Source: a bacterium (GTDB lineage: Bacteria; Zhuqueibacterota; Zhuqueibacteria; Residuimicrobiales; Krinioviventaceae). From it: 64,000 bases of DNA. Under the pieces are notes generated by a model. The model was not told the DNA's origin and ran no database searches. It worked only from the letters and a program-made list of their open reading frames with translations. Below are positions 53,699 to 63,397 of the stretch, piece after piece; position 1 is the first letter of the stretch; the number at the start of each line of letters is the position of its first letter. The translations under genes were made by a program, and so were the position numbers. The stretch spans positions 320,001-384,000 of the forward strand of contig OY843751.1 in the NCBI GenBank assembly GCA_963693055.1, written 5' to 3'.

Positions 53699-53707
53699 AA
53701 AAAAGTA

Positions 53708-53736
53708 GTAGGGAACGGTCTCAGACCGTTCCCTAC
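53708..53736. repeat. GTAG-type REP palindrome, copy 3
   Basis: Identical to copy 2. Confidence 0.92.
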
Positions 53737-53753
53737 TCGAATTTAGCTTATTT

Positions 53754-54713
53754 TTATTCCTCAATACAAATTTCTTTTCTGCCAATGGCTTTAAATGTTT
53801 TGATCAATAATATTGCAATGATCAGGATCAAAACAACCAAAGCTGCCAAAGCAATAACTTTAAATATTATATAATGCGTTACATGAGACATGAGTATAGA
53901 TGCCAGAACAAATGCCGCAAGTGGAAAGGTATAGGCCCACCATGACAGGAAAAAATTGATCTTTATAAAGTTTTTACCCTGCATAAATATAAAGAAAAAG
54001 AGAAATAAAGCTGAATAATAGAGTATACGCGCGAACACATCAAATTCACCGGTGAGCTTGTTGTAAGCAATAAAGCCAATGGCTGGCGCCGCAAAGAGAA
54101 TAAATAGCGTTGGCAGCAGCTTGTCTGGCAATGGATCATGAAAAATCAAACGGTAAAAGATGATGGTGGTCAGCATGATCATCCAGATGGTTCCGATGGT
54201 GAAAAAGAACCAGGATATTTCGGGATGTGCGTGTTGTACACCGGCAATGGGAACAATGATATTGCCCACAACCGGGATGAACCATGCAGGACTCAGATGG
54301 TGGATCTTGAAATGTTTATGCGTGACCCAGGCGTTTATAATACTGAAACCAAAAATCAGTGTAAGCACAACACCGGCAATCCACAATCCTTTGGATACAC
54401 TCATGTTGAGCTGTAAAAACGCTACACTCAATACCAGAGGGACTTTGGCTATAAGCGGGAAAAAATTGATCTTGATGGGATGATGATACTCTTCAATCAC
54501 ATCTTGTCTGAACATGATGAGTTTAAATCCGTAAAACACAAGCATGGTAATATATAATAGTATGGTAAATCCAATAAATCCTAAACTCACTGTATGGGGT
54601 AAAAAGGGTACCAGTGATTCTGTTTTGAGAAGAGCCAGAGAAAATCCGGCAAATCCCAATACGGGTGCAAAGAATGAAATGGGAAAGTGTTTTAATCTCA
54701 ACTGGTGTGTCAT
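53754..54713 (-). CDS. tehA: SLAC1/TehA family anion channel
   Basis: FPISFFAPVLG, HPIKINFFP, PAWFIPVVGNIIVP, PTLFIL.AAPA, SWWAYTFPL. Confidence 0.85.
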   Translation of the reverse strand: MTHQLRLKHFPISFFAPVLGFAGFSLALLKTESLVPFLPHTVSLGFIGFTILLYITMLVFYGFKLIMFRQDVIEEYHHPIKINFFPLIAKVPLVLSVAFLQLNMSVSKGLWIAGVVLTLIFGFSIINAWVTHKHFKIHHLSPAWFIPVVGNIIVPIAGVQHAHPEISWFFFTIGTIWMIMLTTIIFYRLIFHDPLPDKLLPTLFILFAAPAIGFIAYNKLTGEFDVFARILYYSALFLFFFIFMQGKNFIKINFFLSWWAYTFPLAAFVLASILMSHVTHYIIFKVIALAALVVLILIIAILLIKTFKAIGRKEICIEE

Positions 54714-54729
54714 GTGTGTGTCCTTTATT

Positions 54730-55698
54730 TTACATTGCTGCCTGAAATAATACAGTTAAAAGATTGCCGGTGTTTTGATCATCAATGATTTCGTAATTAA
54801 TCATCAGCCGGTTCAACGGATTAAAATAATACCCCGCGCTTAGGGTTGAACGGGATTTTTCACTGCCCTGGTCGTCGTTATACTTGTCGAATCTGAATCC
54901 TGCTTCTATATTTTGGGGAAACATGTAGGTTGCATAGAGGTAATACCCTTCAGGATTGATGGTATCGAGGCTTGTATAATTGTCATATTTGGCACGGATA
55001 TATTCTGATTGGATGGTCAGTGATTGTTTTTGATACCGGAGCAAAAAGCCCAATGCTGACTCGTCCAGCTCTTGTTCGTTCCAGGGACGGGTGCCGCTAT
55101 AAATGGAAACTCCTGCAAGAAAGTATTTTTGTATATCTGCTCCAACAAAGACAGCCAGATCTTTTTTGTTATTATTGTCATTTGTATTGGCGCCTGTGCC
55201 GTTGAAAACCATGGCTTTAACATGCAATTTGAATGAGTCGCTAAATGGAAACAGGGTTTCGGCGGCCAAGCCGGTGTCTCGGTAAAATGCGCCTTCTGCA
55301 CCCAGCTTTTTAACAATATTGGTTGTGATAAAAGAAGGGGATACAAACTTCCATTTTACCAGAGGGCCATAGGCTTCGTATCCAAAGGGGTATTTAAATT
55401 GTCCTGCACGCAGGGACAAATATTTATCCACCTGATATTTAACCCATGCTTGCATTAATACCTGACTTTTTACATTGCCCATGGCATGAAAGCTCCATTT
55501 TTCAGCAGTTTTACCGTTTACCAGCAGCATGGCTGTGTTGAGCTGGAACGTGTTGTCCGGATTTGCATTGTCGGATTCGTTCTGGATATAACTACTTTGG
55601 ATCCAGACACCCCAGTCAGGTTCTATGGATTGCTTTTCCTGTGCAAAGAGCATACTGGTTGCAAAAATAAAAAGTAGTAGCGATGTAAAAGATTTCAT
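54730..55698 (-). CDS. OprO/OprP-like anion-selective porin
   Basis: Signal peptide; AGQFKYPFG.E, RDTG, FNGTGAN..DNN..KD. Confidence 0.75.
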   Translation of the reverse strand: MKSFTSLLLFIFATSMLFAQEKQSIEPDWGVWIQSSYIQNESDNANPDNTFQLNTAMLLVNGKTAEKWSFHAMGNVKSQVLMQAWVKYQVDKYLSLRAGQFKYPFGYEAYGPLVKWKFVSPSFITTNIVKKLGAEGAFYRDTGLAAETLFPFSDSFKLHVKAMVFNGTGANTNDNNNKKDLAVFVGADIQKYFLAGVSIYSGTRPWNEQELDESALGFLLRYQKQSLTIQSEYIRAKYDNYTSLDTINPEGYYLYATYMFPQNIEAGFRFDKYNDDQGSEKSRSTLSAGYYFNPLNRLMINYEIIDDQNTGNLLTVLFQAAM

Positions 55699-55927
55699 AA
55701 TGATTTCCAAAATTTTAGTAAAACAAGGGATAAATGATTATTAAATAAGATGAAAGCCAGGGGTGAAAGATTCAAAGTTTTGTTAAGAATTAATCAGGTA
55801 AGCTTTTTTATTACCTTTGATAATAAAGATTTAGAACTGTGAAGTTTGAAAGGGATTGCTTAAATCTTGAATTTTTCTGGTTTTCATGTGTATAATATAG
55901 AAATGTGAGAAACTATTTGGAGTTATT

Positions 55928-56554
55928 ATGAAAAAGATAAAACCTTTTGAGAACATGGATGCTGCTATTGAATCTCTGGATAACGGTGGTCATTTTTATA
56001 ATATTTTAACCAAAGCGGATGATGGTGTTATCAGCCGATCTGAATTGGGAAAAGTCGGAGGGATTTTTAGTGATAAACAGCAAATAGTGCTTTTTCTCGA
56101 GATGTCTCTGTTAGCATTCAGGCAAGCGGATAAAGAGTTGGTTCTTTCAAAGCTTGACAAGTCGTTGTCAGCGAGTTATCTGAAATTCAAGTCGCAGGTG
56201 CTGCTGCCTTCAGAAGCTAAAAAAGATGGGATTGTCTCCTCAAATGCAATTATAACCGGAATACCCAAGCTTGTGGATTCGCAATCAGATTTTGTGGGAT
56301 TTATCATGTTCCCTATTATGAGTGGGGATGTGCCCACAATGATGATGGTTCCCATGACTGACGAGTATGATGTATATGAGCTACGGGATGATGAATCGTC
56401 AGATACATTTTTAATTGCGCATACCAAAGATGAAAAGAAACTGCCGAATGAAAAAATAATATTGGGCGGAGTTATTAAAGAACTGCAAGCTGAAAAAGAA
56501 GCTGGCAGCCCGGCAGGTAAATTTCTTGAGGTTATTTATTACTGTGAGTTTTAA
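55928..56554 (+). CDS. Hypothetical protein
   Basis: 208 aa, GGAG RBS, upstream TTGAAT-18-TATAAT, downstream hairpin. Confidence 0.8.
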   Translation: MKKIKPFENMDAAIESLDNGGHFYNILTKADDGVISRSELGKVGGIFSDKQQIVLFLEMSLLAFRQADKELVLSKLDKSLSASYLKFKSQVLLPSEAKKDGIVSSNAIITGIPKLVDSQSDFVGFIMFPIMSGDVPTMMMVPMTDEYDVYELRDDESSDTFLIAHTKDEKKLPNEKIILGGVIKELQAEKEAGSPAGKFLEVIYYCEF

Positions 56555-56560
56555 TTTAGC

Positions 56561-56597
56561 AGATACCAATTTAATAAATTAAATTGGTATCTTTTTA
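56561..56597. terminator. Terminator between convergent genes
   Basis: agataccaatttaa..ttaaattggtatct-ttttt. Confidence 0.6.
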
Positions 56598-56598
56598 T

Positions 56599-58311
56599 TT
56601 AAAAATAAAACCTGAATCCTATATTAAAATTGAAATGATTGCCGCTGGTTTCTTCTTCAATATCTATTGTATTGTTTTCAAACGATGTATCATTAAAGTT
56701 TCCCCGAATCAAAATGATTGTGCCACCAATACTCATGTTCCGGGTTAATAGATAGTCTGCAGCAATTTCGGCATAACTGCCAAGGGTACTGCTTTCCAAA
56801 GTCAAATGCTCACCAAAGATGTTGCCTTTGTCGGTATAATCGAGCTTTCCGAATCCCAGAGCACCTGAGAAATAAAATTTTTCTTTCAATCGTTGATACG
56901 CGCAAAATACAGCTCCAGCAAATGTAAAGGTGAGGTCATCACTAATGTCACCATGGGCAAGCACTTCCATTGTGTCTTGATCATAGATATAGATATCATT
57001 GATCGAGCCATATGAATGAAATCTTGAATATCGTAGACCTATACCGTATTCGTGGGTAATAAACATCGTTGCTTCAATATTGATATTGGTTCCGCCTTTG
57101 ATCTCATCGTAATAATCATCCATGATTTCAGTGCTGTTGGATGGGATTTCTGCCAGATACCTGCTATAACCATATCCTAAACCCACATGGAATTTGTGCA
57201 GCATTTCTCTTTTCTTTGGATGGAATTGGGTATGGTTGTCAACAGGCGTGTTTTGATATCCGGGCAAGCCGAGTTTGCCAGTATAGGCAGTATTTTCTGC
57301 CGTCTTTTCCGGTATGTTAATTGTGTTTTGCGATTGTCCGGTTTGCGCAAGGGCTTTTTGAAAAGTAACGGGATCACAGCTCTCAAACTTGGGATATATT
57401 TCAAGGTAAATCAATGAATCCTGTTTTATTGTTTTGGTTTTAAAATAGTTTGTTCCCAGTGTGTCGATTAGGATATCTCCCTGAGGGCCCAGGTATAGCA
57501 AAATATTATCATAATAATAATCTTTTACATAACCGGGGATGCTTCCTGATTTTGATTTGAATTTTAGTCCATTTTCATCCTGACTTGTCAATTCACCGGT
57601 GATTACGGTATTTTTATTATCTTTTGTAATCAATAACGGACACCGTTTAAGAATTTCTGCTTTGATTGTTTGAAATGGTGGAGTATATGTAATGACAGGT
57701 TTTGCAACATTGTCAATTTTGTATCGGCCGTCTGGTCCGGTCAATAGCAATATGTCTTCCATGGCATAGAATTTTGTTTTTGGATCGTAAAACATGCTGA
57801 CCCGGTTTTGATCGAACAGGATCCCATTGTACAATTCCGCGACAAGTTTTCCTTTGAGCTTTTCACCGCTTTTCAATTTGAGCTCATAGATAAGGGACTT
57901 GTTCTGTATTTCTTTGCGGGATTTGGATCCTGAGGGATTGAGTTTTTCGTACACAGACTCGTAAACATCCATGCCATCATAAGGGGATTGCGATTCCCAG
58001 TAGCTGTAACCGTTTGGTGCAATCAGCACTTTGCCGGATTGATTTAATAGTATTGAAATTTGTTGAAAAGAATAATAATTTGATTGTAAGCCTTGCTTTG
58101 ATGTGTAATATACACCATTTTGATCAAGCGAATCTATTTTGCCGAAAATAACGCTTCCGGGTTGAGATTTTAATATTAATATGGGGCAGTGTTGTGATAC
58201 AATTTTTTTCTTTTCTTTGGATTGAATACTGTTATCTGCAAAGGTTGAAATAGTATTTATAACTAGAAAAATGAAAACAATTACTGCAAAGAATCCCGAT
58301 TTCTGCTTCAT
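56599..58311 (-). CDS. Outer-membrane beta-barrel protein with repeated N-terminal domains
   Basis: Signal peptide; C-terminal amphipathic strands ending GFRFYF. Confidence 0.7.
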   Translation of the reverse strand: MKQKSGFFAVIVFIFLVINTISTFADNSIQSKEKKKIVSQHCPILILKSQPGSVIFGKIDSLDQNGVYYTSKQGLQSNYYSFQQISILLNQSGKVLIAPNGYSYWESQSPYDGMDVYESVYEKLNPSGSKSRKEIQNKSLIYELKLKSGEKLKGKLVAELYNGILFDQNRVSMFYDPKTKFYAMEDILLLTGPDGRYKIDNVAKPVITYTPPFQTIKAEILKRCPLLITKDNKNTVITGELTSQDENGLKFKSKSGSIPGYVKDYYYDNILLYLGPQGDILIDTLGTNYFKTKTIKQDSLIYLEIYPKFESCDPVTFQKALAQTGQSQNTINIPEKTAENTAYTGKLGLPGYQNTPVDNHTQFHPKKREMLHKFHVGLGYGYSRYLAEIPSNSTEIMDDYYDEIKGGTNINIEATMFITHEYGIGLRYSRFHSYGSINDIYIYDQDTMEVLAHGDISDDLTFTFAGAVFCAYQRLKEKFYFSGALGFGKLDYTDKGNIFGEHLTLESSTLGSYAEIAADYLLTRNMSIGGTIILIRGNFNDTSFENNTIDIEEETSGNHFNFNIGFRFYF

Positions 58312-58491
58312 AATTACACCCCTGTTTCTTAAAGTGTTTTGAACCCCTGAGAGTTGTTAAAAAGATAATAGAACAAATGATTAGATTCAAGTAAAAATAT
58401 GTTGATTTGCCTGGTATAATTACTTGCTTGACACCTCCGAGGTGCCGGGCAAATGTTGGAGGCTGAGGAAAAAGTGAACCAAAATCAACCT

Positions 58492-58520
58492 TTGCAATTG
58501 TGGCATCTTGTTTGTATATT
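58492..58520 (+). promoter_or_regulatory. Candidate sigma70-type promoter
   Basis: TTGCAA-17-TATATT upstream of the aminotransferase. Confidence 0.5.
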
Positions 58521-58582
58521 AAAGGTTTATAATTCATTTGTCCTGGCTTAGGGCCTATAATTTACCTTACAAGGAGCATGTT

Positions 58583-59884
58583 ATGCGAAGAAACATTGTT
58601 CATGAAGGGTCAGGGCAGCTAACTTACGAGATACGTGAGATTGTCGAAGTCGGTATGCAGTTGAAGCAGAAGGGACTGGATATCGTCTGGGAGAACATTG
58701 GTGATCCCATTCAAAAAGGCGAAAAGCTGCCGGACTGGATCAAAGAAATCATTGGAGATTTGGTTGCGCAAGAGCGCACCTATGGTTATGTACATACCAA
58801 AGGTGTTCCCGAAGCGCGAGCGTTTTTGGCGGAAAAGGTCAATGAACGCGGCGGCTGCCAGGTAACCATAGATGATATCGTATTCTTTAACGGTCTTGGC
58901 GACGCAGTTGCCAAAGTGTTCGGTTTCCTGAAACGCGAGGCGCGGGTGATTGGCCCATCCCCGGCATATTCCACGCATTCTTCTGCGGAAGCGGCGCACT
59001 CTGGTTATGAACATTTGACCTACGAGCTGGACCCGATGATGAACTGGATGCCGGATCTGGACGATCTGGAGAACAAGGTTAAATATAATGATTCTATTGC
59101 CGGCATGTTGATTATCAATCCTGATAATCCCACCGGTTCAGTATATCCCAAAGAATTTTTAGCGCGTATGGTAGATATTGCCCGTCGTTACCGCTTGTTT
59201 GTGGTTTGCGATGAAATCTATGCGCATATTATATATAACGGTGCCAAATCCGCGCATCTCAGCGAAGTGATTGGTGATGTGCCCGGTATAGCGTTACGCG
59301 GTATTTCCAAAGAATACCCCTGGCCCGGATCACGCTGCGGCTGGATTGAGGTGTTTAACCAGCACAAGTATCCGGATTTCGAAATGTATGTAAACAGTCT
59401 GGTAAGTGCCAAGATGCTTGAAGTGTGCTCTACCAGTCTGCCGCAATACTCGATACCCAAGGTGATGGGCGATCCCCGGTATTTGGATCATCTTGAAAAC
59501 CGCAAAAAAATGTTTGAAAAACGTGTGAATGAAGCATTTGAGATCTTTTCTGAAGTAGATGGCGTTTATGTAACACGTCCCCAGGGTGCGTTCTATATGA
59601 CCGTATTGTTTGACAATGGCAGTCTGAATGACAAGCAATGCCTGCCCATTAAAGACGCAGAGATCCGCAGTTTTATTGAGGAAAAAGTGGATGGTGTGGC
59701 ACCGGACAAGCGGTTTGTCTATTATCTGCTCGCATCCAAAGGAATCTGTGTGGTACCGTTAACCGGATTTTGCTGCACACGTCATGGTTTCCGTATTACC
59801 ATGCTGGAATGCGACGATGAAAAACGCCGCAATACTTGGCTGACCATTGCGGAAAGTATTAAAGAATATATCGCTTCGGCGTAA
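58583..59884 (+). CDS. PLP-dependent aminotransferase class I/II
   Basis: ENIGDP, INPDNPTG, DEIY, ISKEYPWPGSRCGW; AAGGAG RBS. Confidence 0.93.
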   Translation: MRRNIVHEGSGQLTYEIREIVEVGMQLKQKGLDIVWENIGDPIQKGEKLPDWIKEIIGDLVAQERTYGYVHTKGVPEARAFLAEKVNERGGCQVTIDDIVFFNGLGDAVAKVFGFLKREARVIGPSPAYSTHSSAEAAHSGYEHLTYELDPMMNWMPDLDDLENKVKYNDSIAGMLIINPDNPTGSVYPKEFLARMVDIARRYRLFVVCDEIYAHIIYNGAKSAHLSEVIGDVPGIALRGISKEYPWPGSRCGWIEVFNQHKYPDFEMYVNSLVSAKMLEVCSTSLPQYSIPKVMGDPRYLDHLENRKKMFEKRVNEAFEIFSEVDGVYVTRPQGAFYMTVLFDNGSLNDKQCLPIKDAEIRSFIEEKVDGVAPDKRFVYYLLASKGICVVPLTGFCCTRHGFRITMLECDDEKRRNTWLTIAESIKEYIASA

Positions 59885-59908
59885 ATAATATTGTTTTATG
59901 GAATTTCG

Positions 59909-59944
59909 GCCCGCTCTCTGATTTCAGGGAGCGGGCTTTTTTTT
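59909..59944 (+). terminator. Intrinsic terminator
   Basis: gcccgctctctga..tcagggagcgggc followed by a T-tract. Confidence 0.8.
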
Positions 59945-62372
59945 AGAATCCCCATCGGAATCCTACTGTGGGCAGGATTGATATTTTATAAGGTTCTCTT
60001 TCTATTCGGGCATTAATTATTTTGCCGTCCTCAAAATCCGCGTCAAACTCTACTTTTTTATAAAAGATTGGATTCGCGCGATTATAGACATTGCGTATGG
60101 AAAAGTAGGGCGCAAAGGTGAATTTGCTGCGTTTAATCAGCTTGATTACCGTAATATCCAACCGATGATAATAAGGATACCGGACCCTGCCTCTTGGCAC
60201 ATCCATTTCTGTTTGTTGATACCAGACTGTGCCATTGTCCCATTTTTTTTGTGGATAGGGTAAATGTAGTTCCGGAATCATAGCCAGGTAATTTACAGGA
60301 TCGTACGGCTGGCCGGTATGAAATTCCCAATAGGCTGAAAGGGAGGTGTTGTGTTTCATGTCCATTTGTGTGAATGCCTGGATTTTGTGGCGCTGATCGA
60401 AATTGGTGTCGTATGACAGTCCGTTATACGTGCGGTCACTGTGTGACCAGACATAGCTGCACCAACCGGTCATGTTAAACAGTTTTCCTCCAGCTTCAAA
60501 TTCTATGCCTTTGGCCTTTCCCGGGGTTTGGGCGAAACGCGGTGTGCCATCTGTTGCTTTGAGCAGTCCGTCAAAAGATTTGTAATAACCGGTAATTCTG
60601 AGTTTTGTGTTTTTCGAAAGCGTATAACCAAGTGTACCGATATAGTGGTCCGCGGTTTCTACCGAACTTGTCTGGTCCATGGGAAAATAGAGCTCCAAAA
60701 AGCCGATTATCCCTTCTTCCAGCGCGGTAGTTACGCCCTGGGAATAGCGACCGTAAGCAAGATCAAACTGCAATTTGTCTGTGAACCGGTATTGCAGGTT
60801 TATTCTCGGTTCGAGATAAAGTTTGGATGCGTTACCCCATTTGGTTAACCGCAGTCCCTGGCGGGATGACAATTTGTCCGTATATCGGATATCCGATTCC
60901 AGGAAACCCGCACGAGAAGAATAGGTCTGTTCATAGTTAAAAGAATCCGCGGGGGCATGATCAAAGAATAATTGAAACTGTTCTTCTAAAAAGGTGTATT
61001 CTCCCTCCCAGAAATAGTCGGATTTATATTTAGAGTGCTGCATACCCCCGCGCAGGTTTACACGCTCATTCAGTTCATGATTTAAATTAATTTTAGTGGT
61101 TGCATCTGTAAATCGATTTTTTATTTCAGCGCCCTGTTCGGCATTGTGTTTGACGATCTGGTTATCAATCCATTGTTTGTTCTCCTGAAATTTAACATCC
61201 ATGTGGTCAGGGAATTCAGCGGATTGTTCATTGAATGCGGCATTTATGTATTGACTGTTAAAGTGATGGGCGGTCAGGGTTGTTCGGTTGTTAATAAAAT
61301 ACTGCCATTTAATAGAGTATAGTTTGTTATTCCAGTTGAGCTGGTCCTGGTCTTTGAACTTGTATTTCAATGTGGTAGTATCTATGGACGACTGCAATTG
61401 CCCTTCAAATTCATCGTCAATGTTCATGTCATCTTTGCTGTGTAGTGTTAAGAACTGGACATTATGCTTTTCCCCGGGAGTAAATTCCAGTTTCAGGGTT
61501 TGATCATAATAGTCATAAGGGAGATCATAAAATTCAAAGGAATTGGGTATCTTGATATAACTGCTTCTGCCTGAATAGAGCCAGCCGAAATATTTACCCA
61601 ATTTGCCACCGGTTGTGACATCACTACCAATGATATTCAGGTTGATGCGATGCGGGAAATTGTTGACCGGTGTTTTGGTTTGGATAGCCAACACAGAGGA
61701 GAGCTTGTCGCCATATTGTGCCGAGAAACCACCAGGGGAAAAGATCAGATTGTCTACCATATCATTATTAAAGAATGAGGTAATACCAAATATGTGATAG
61801 GGATAATAAATGACTGCGCCATCAATTGTTACCAGGTTTTGATCGGGATTGCCGCCGCGCACGCAGAGTTGGTTTGAGGCTTCGCTGTTGGAGGTAACGC
61901 CAGGCGTCTGCTGGATGGTCCTGAACAGGTCTGGCAAACCCACGGAGGGCATGATCTGTATCTGATCTGATTGTATACGGCGGATTGAGGGATCCATGCT
62001 GAACGTCGGTTCGACATATTTAGCTGCGGTTATGCTGACCTCGGGCAGGTCAATAGATTGTTCGGCAAGCTCGATAATCAGTTTGCGACTGAAATCGATT
62101 TGGGAATTGATAGGTATCTTGACAGACTGATATCCCATATAAGATATTTCTAATGTGTCAGAAGTGAATATGAGGCCGTAAAAATGGAACTCACCCCGGT
62201 TGTCTGTCGCGGTACCGGTATTAGATTGTAAAAAGACAAGGTTGGCAAAGGGCAGAACCTCGCCGGTGGATTTGTCTTTAACAATACCTTGTAACGATCG
62301 CTCACGTGCCGAGAGATGGCTAACAAAGATCAGAATGACCAGGAATGTCAAGAGTTGTTTCTTTGCGTTCAT
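59943..62372 (-). CDS. TonB-dependent receptor
   Basis: DLFRTIQ.TPGV, VRGGNPDQNL..IDG, GGFSAQYG..LSSVL, YHRLD, LPTVGFRWGF. Confidence 0.9.
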   Translation of the reverse strand: MNAKKQLLTFLVILIFVSHLSARERSLQGIVKDKSTGEVLPFANLVFLQSNTGTATDNRGEFHFYGLIFTSDTLEISYMGYQSVKIPINSQIDFSRKLIIELAEQSIDLPEVSITAAKYVEPTFSMDPSIRRIQSDQIQIMPSVGLPDLFRTIQQTPGVTSNSEASNQLCVRGGNPDQNLVTIDGAVIYYPYHIFGITSFFNNDMVDNLIFSPGGFSAQYGDKLSSVLAIQTKTPVNNFPHRINLNIIGSDVTTGGKLGKYFGWLYSGRSSYIKIPNSFEFYDLPYDYYDQTLKLEFTPGEKHNVQFLTLHSKDDMNIDDEFEGQLQSSIDTTTLKYKFKDQDQLNWNNKLYSIKWQYFINNRTTLTAHHFNSQYINAAFNEQSAEFPDHMDVKFQENKQWIDNQIVKHNAEQGAEIKNRFTDATTKINLNHELNERVNLRGGMQHSKYKSDYFWEGEYTFLEEQFQLFFDHAPADSFNYEQTYSSRAGFLESDIRYTDKLSSRQGLRLTKWGNASKLYLEPRINLQYRFTDKLQFDLAYGRYSQGVTTALEEGIIGFLELYFPMDQTSSVETADHYIGTLGYTLSKNTKLRITGYYKSFDGLLKATDGTPRFAQTPGKAKGIEFEAGGKLFNMTGWCSYVWSHSDRTYNGLSYDTNFDQRHKIQAFTQMDMKHNTSLSAYWEFHTGQPYDPVNYLAMIPELHLPYPQKKWDNGTVWYQQTEMDVPRGRVRYPYYHRLDITVIKLIKRSKFTFAPYFSIRNVYNRANPIFYKKVEFDADFEDGKIINARIEREPYKISILPTVGFRWGF

Positions 62373-63253
62373 TAAAAAAACTCCCCTGACTTTTTCATGC
62401 TATCCGGATAAGTGACATGCAGTGGGAATTTAACCGTGCAAGAATTGGTGGCGTTAAATACTCCTTTGGCGCCATTGAGGTTGTTGTTTTTTGTATTATA
62501 GGTATAATGATCATCTTGTAAATAAAATGAATAAAGCTCTTCCAGTTTCCTAAATTCCGGAGACATGGATTCAAGATCTCCATAATTCGGGATAAAGCGA
62601 AAGGTCGAGTCCACAGCAACAATGGTTAGCGGGACTGTTATTGTAGTATCTGAGCAAACCTCATTGTCAGCACGGTCCATACTGTGATAAAATTCGGGTA
62701 CATATGTAGAAGTAAAGAATGTTGAATAAAATGAACCCTGGTATAATTCATGTGGAAGTTTCAAGTCTATATTATAGTACAATGCCCTTGCAGAGGGCTG
62801 CCATTTGAATTTGGGCCTGCCCGTTGTATCAATGGGCCACGAGTGGGGATATTCTATTGTAATGGTATCATCCGGCTGTGGGTAGATAATTTCAAAGGGG
62901 CCGGGCATCTGTACTGCGCCGCTGGCTACCATTTGACTGTCTATAAACATTTCAAGCCTGCATGTATCATTGGGATTTACTGTAAATTTGTTGATGCTGT
63001 TTTTGTATACTCCGTCATGGGTGTGAGACAAGAGGATGGTCTGGTCTCTGCAAGAAAGAGTGATTTTAGCATTGGTGACCGCTTCGGGCATGCTTTCGGG
63101 TATGGCTTTTCCTGCCAGTACGATTTGTTCTGTGTAACTTGGATCAATACAACAGAATAGATAATATTCTGACAGCGTATCCGGATCAATAACCACGGGA
63201 TCAAGAGAACAGCTAAGATATAACAGAGATGTAATAATAATTAGATTTCTCAA
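62372..63253 (-). CDS. DUF4249-like lipoprotein, partner of the TBDR
   Basis: Lipobox YLSC; A.ITL...G.Y; NLNGAKGVF; stop overlaps the TBDR start. Confidence 0.65.
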   Translation of the reverse strand: MRNLIIITSLLYLSCSLDPVVIDPDTLSEYYLFCCIDPSYTEQIVLAGKAIPESMPEAVTNAKITLSCRDQTILLSHTHDGVYKNSINKFTVNPNDTCRLEMFIDSQMVASGAVQMPGPFEIIYPQPDDTITIEYPHSWPIDTTGRPKFKWQPSARALYYNIDLKLPHELYQGSFYSTFFTSTYVPEFYHSMDRADNEVCSDTTITVPLTIVAVDSTFRFIPNYGDLESMSPEFRKLEELYSFYLQDDHYTYNTKNNNLNGAKGVFNATNSCTVKFPLHVTYPDSMKKSGEFF

Positions 63254-63397
63254 ATAGCCCCTCGATAATTAAAAAATTTTTTTATGTTATTTGGAATAAT
63301 TCATATACTAAGTTTTTGCTTTTTAGTTCCCAGGAAATTATGTTTTGGCTTTTAGATGGAATCCTTATATTACTAAAAATTTATGGATTGTAAGCGT

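Noticed and set aside
52543-53736. Three 29-bp repeats as a CRISPR array
   Set aside because: Spacing is 564-601 bp with whole genes between, no cas genes, and the adjacent RAYT explains them
58431-58444. cacctccgaggtg as a further family A REP
   Set aside because: Too short and degenerate to assign
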